A stretch of 64,000 bases of DNA from Desulfomicrobium sp. Its GTDB lineage: Bacteria; Desulfobacterota; Desulfovibrionia; Desulfovibrionales; Desulfomicrobiaceae. The number at the start of each line of letters is the position of its first letter. Positions within the stretch are counted from its first letter, which is position 1. The stretch covers positions 640,001 through 704,000 of the forward strand of contig JAXGMI010000001.1 of the NCBI GenBank assembly GCA_040768745.1, in the 5' to 3' direction. The notes beneath the pieces are model-generated. The model made no database searches. It saw only the letters and a list, made by a program, of their open reading frames with translations, and was not told where the DNA came from. Made by a program: the position numbers and the translations under genes. Below, piece after piece: positions 62,641-64,000 of this stretch.

Positions 62641-64000
62641 CAGACTGCTGACAAAGTCACCTCAAAACCCTCGTCAAATGACGGGGGTTTTGTTATGAAA
62701 GCTTACATGTTACGCAGCACAGGACCCAAACAACTGAAGTACGAATTCGTCTGCATCGAGCGCTTGGTTCCCAAAGATCATCTTCTTCGTAAGATCACCA
62801 AGTTCATCGATTTCCGTTTCATCCACGACAAGGTCAAAGACCTGTACTGTCCGGACAACGGCCGGCCGGCTCTTGATCCGACAGTGCTCTTCAAGATGCT
62901 CTTTCTGGGGTATCTGTTCGGCATCCGCAGTGAGCGGCGGCTGATTGAGGAGATCAAGGTCAATGTCGCCTACCGCTGGTTTTTGGGCTTCAGCCTGGAA
63001 GACAAGATTCCCGACGCCTCGACCATCAGCCAGAACCGCCGCCGTCGCTTCAACCAGAGCACGGTCTACCAGGAGATTTTCGACGAGATCGTGGTTCAGG
63101 CCATCCGCCGCAAGATGATCGACGGTCGTACCCTGTACACGGATTCGACCCACCTCAAGGCCAACGCCAACAAGAACAAGTTTGTCGAAGCCGAGGTTGC
63201 CAAGAGCACGCGGGATTACATCGATGATCTGGAGCGGGACGTTGCCCAGGACCGGGCCGACCACGGCAAGAAGGCGTTGAAAGAGAACGATCCGGAACCC
63301 GAAACCAAGACGGTCAAGCAGAGCACGACGGACCCGGAGTCTGGCTACATGCACCGGGACGGCAAGCCCAAGGGGTTCTTCTTTCTGGATCACCGCTCGG
63401 TGGACGGTCTTCATGGCCTGATCACGGATACGTACGTGACGCCAGGCAATGTGCATGACTCGATACCGTATCTTGATCGTCTTGATCGACAGCGCGAACG
63501 ATTTGGTTTTGAAGTGGAGGCGGTTGGACTGGATGCTGGCTACGCGACGACAGGAATCTGCAAAGGGCTTGAGGAGAGAGGGATTTTTGGAGTGGTTGGC
63601 TACCGTCGTTTTGGAAAAAACACGGGCCGCTTCAGACGCAAGGATTTTTTCTACGACGACTCAGTGGATTGCTACGTCTGCCCTGCAAACTGCCTTTTGA
63701 GTTACCGAACCACCAACCGGGCGGGTTACCGGGAATACGCCTCGGATCCCAAGATTTGCAAAGCATGTCAGCTTCTTGAGAGATGCACGACCAGCAAGAT
63801 ATGCCGACGGGTCATAGCGCGCCACGTATGGGAAGATAGTCGGGAACGCATCGACTCCAACCGGCTGACGGAGCGTGGCAAGGCCATCTATGCCCGACGC
63901 AAGGAAACGGTTGAACGCAGCTTTGCCGACTGCAAGGAACTGCATGGGCATCGTTACGCCCGGATGCGTGGTCTCTCGAAGGTCTTGGAGCAGTGCCTGC
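62641..64000 (+). mobile_element. IS1182-family element, runs off the window
   Basis: begins (C)AGACTGCTGACAAA; hairpin 62663-62692; transposase from 62707. Confidence 0.85.
62707..64000 (+). CDS. IS1182-family transposase (3' end outside window)
   Basis: LVPKDHLLRKI..GRPALDPTVLFKMLFLGYLFGIRSERRL..AYRWFLG..DSTHLKANA..RKETVERSFAD. Confidence 0.9.
   Translation, partial: MLRSTGPKQLKYEFVCIERLVPKDHLLRKITKFIDFRFIHDKVKDLYCPDNGRPALDPTVLFKMLFLGYLFGIRSERRLIEEIKVNVAYRWFLGFSLEDKIPDASTISQNRRRRFNQSTVYQEIFDEIVVQAIRRKMIDGRTLYTDSTHLKANANKNKFVEAEVAKSTRDYIDDLERDVAQDRADHGKKALKENDPEPETKTVKQSTTDPESGYMHRDGKPKGFFFLDHRSVDGLHGLITDTYVTPGNVHDSIPYLDRLDRQRERFGFEVEAVGLDAGYATTGICKGLEERGIFGVVGYRRFGKNTGRFRRKDFFYDDSVDCYVCPANCLLSYRTTNRAGYREYASDPKICKACQLLERCTTSKICRRVIARHVWEDSRERIDSNRLTERGKAIYARRKETVERSFADCKELHGHRYARMRGLSKVLEQCL

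Overview
Chromosomal window from a sulfate-reducing deltaproteobacterium (Desulfovibrionales/Desulfomicrobium-like; inferred from gene content only). Bases 1-45 kb are mostly GC-rich core genes: livF-like ATPase, aryl-CoA ligase, two-component systems, yajQ, a MucR/Ros regulator, a sigma54-controlled TauE/lipoprotein/PEP-utilizer module, a glutamate-synthase-like FMN protein, phosphomannomutase, perR-katA, a TRAP transporter, carB, a CI/LexA-like repressor + small Zn-ribbon ORF + umuD module with matching palindromic operators, TPP-riboswitch-thiC, pdxST, a cytosine-deaminase-like gene, a phosphatase/ADP-ribosylglycohydrolase fusion and tRNA-Thr(CGT). From about 45.5 kb the region is mosaic, partly AT-rich and crowded with IS elements. 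It holds a suyAB (sulfolactate sulfo-lyase) + tripartite tricarboxylate transporter locus, joined by an IS1634 that lacks a target duplication to a glycyl-radical-enzyme (GRE) locus. That locus can be rebuilt by removing the ISs: sigma54 promoter, RBS, an 812-aa GRE with an atypical FGCVG Cys loop, activase, ErpA/HesB-like Fe-S protein and a divergent PAS-sigma54 activator. All parts except the activase are disrupted or cut off by IS insertions. All calls come from motif reading and recall; no database search was run.
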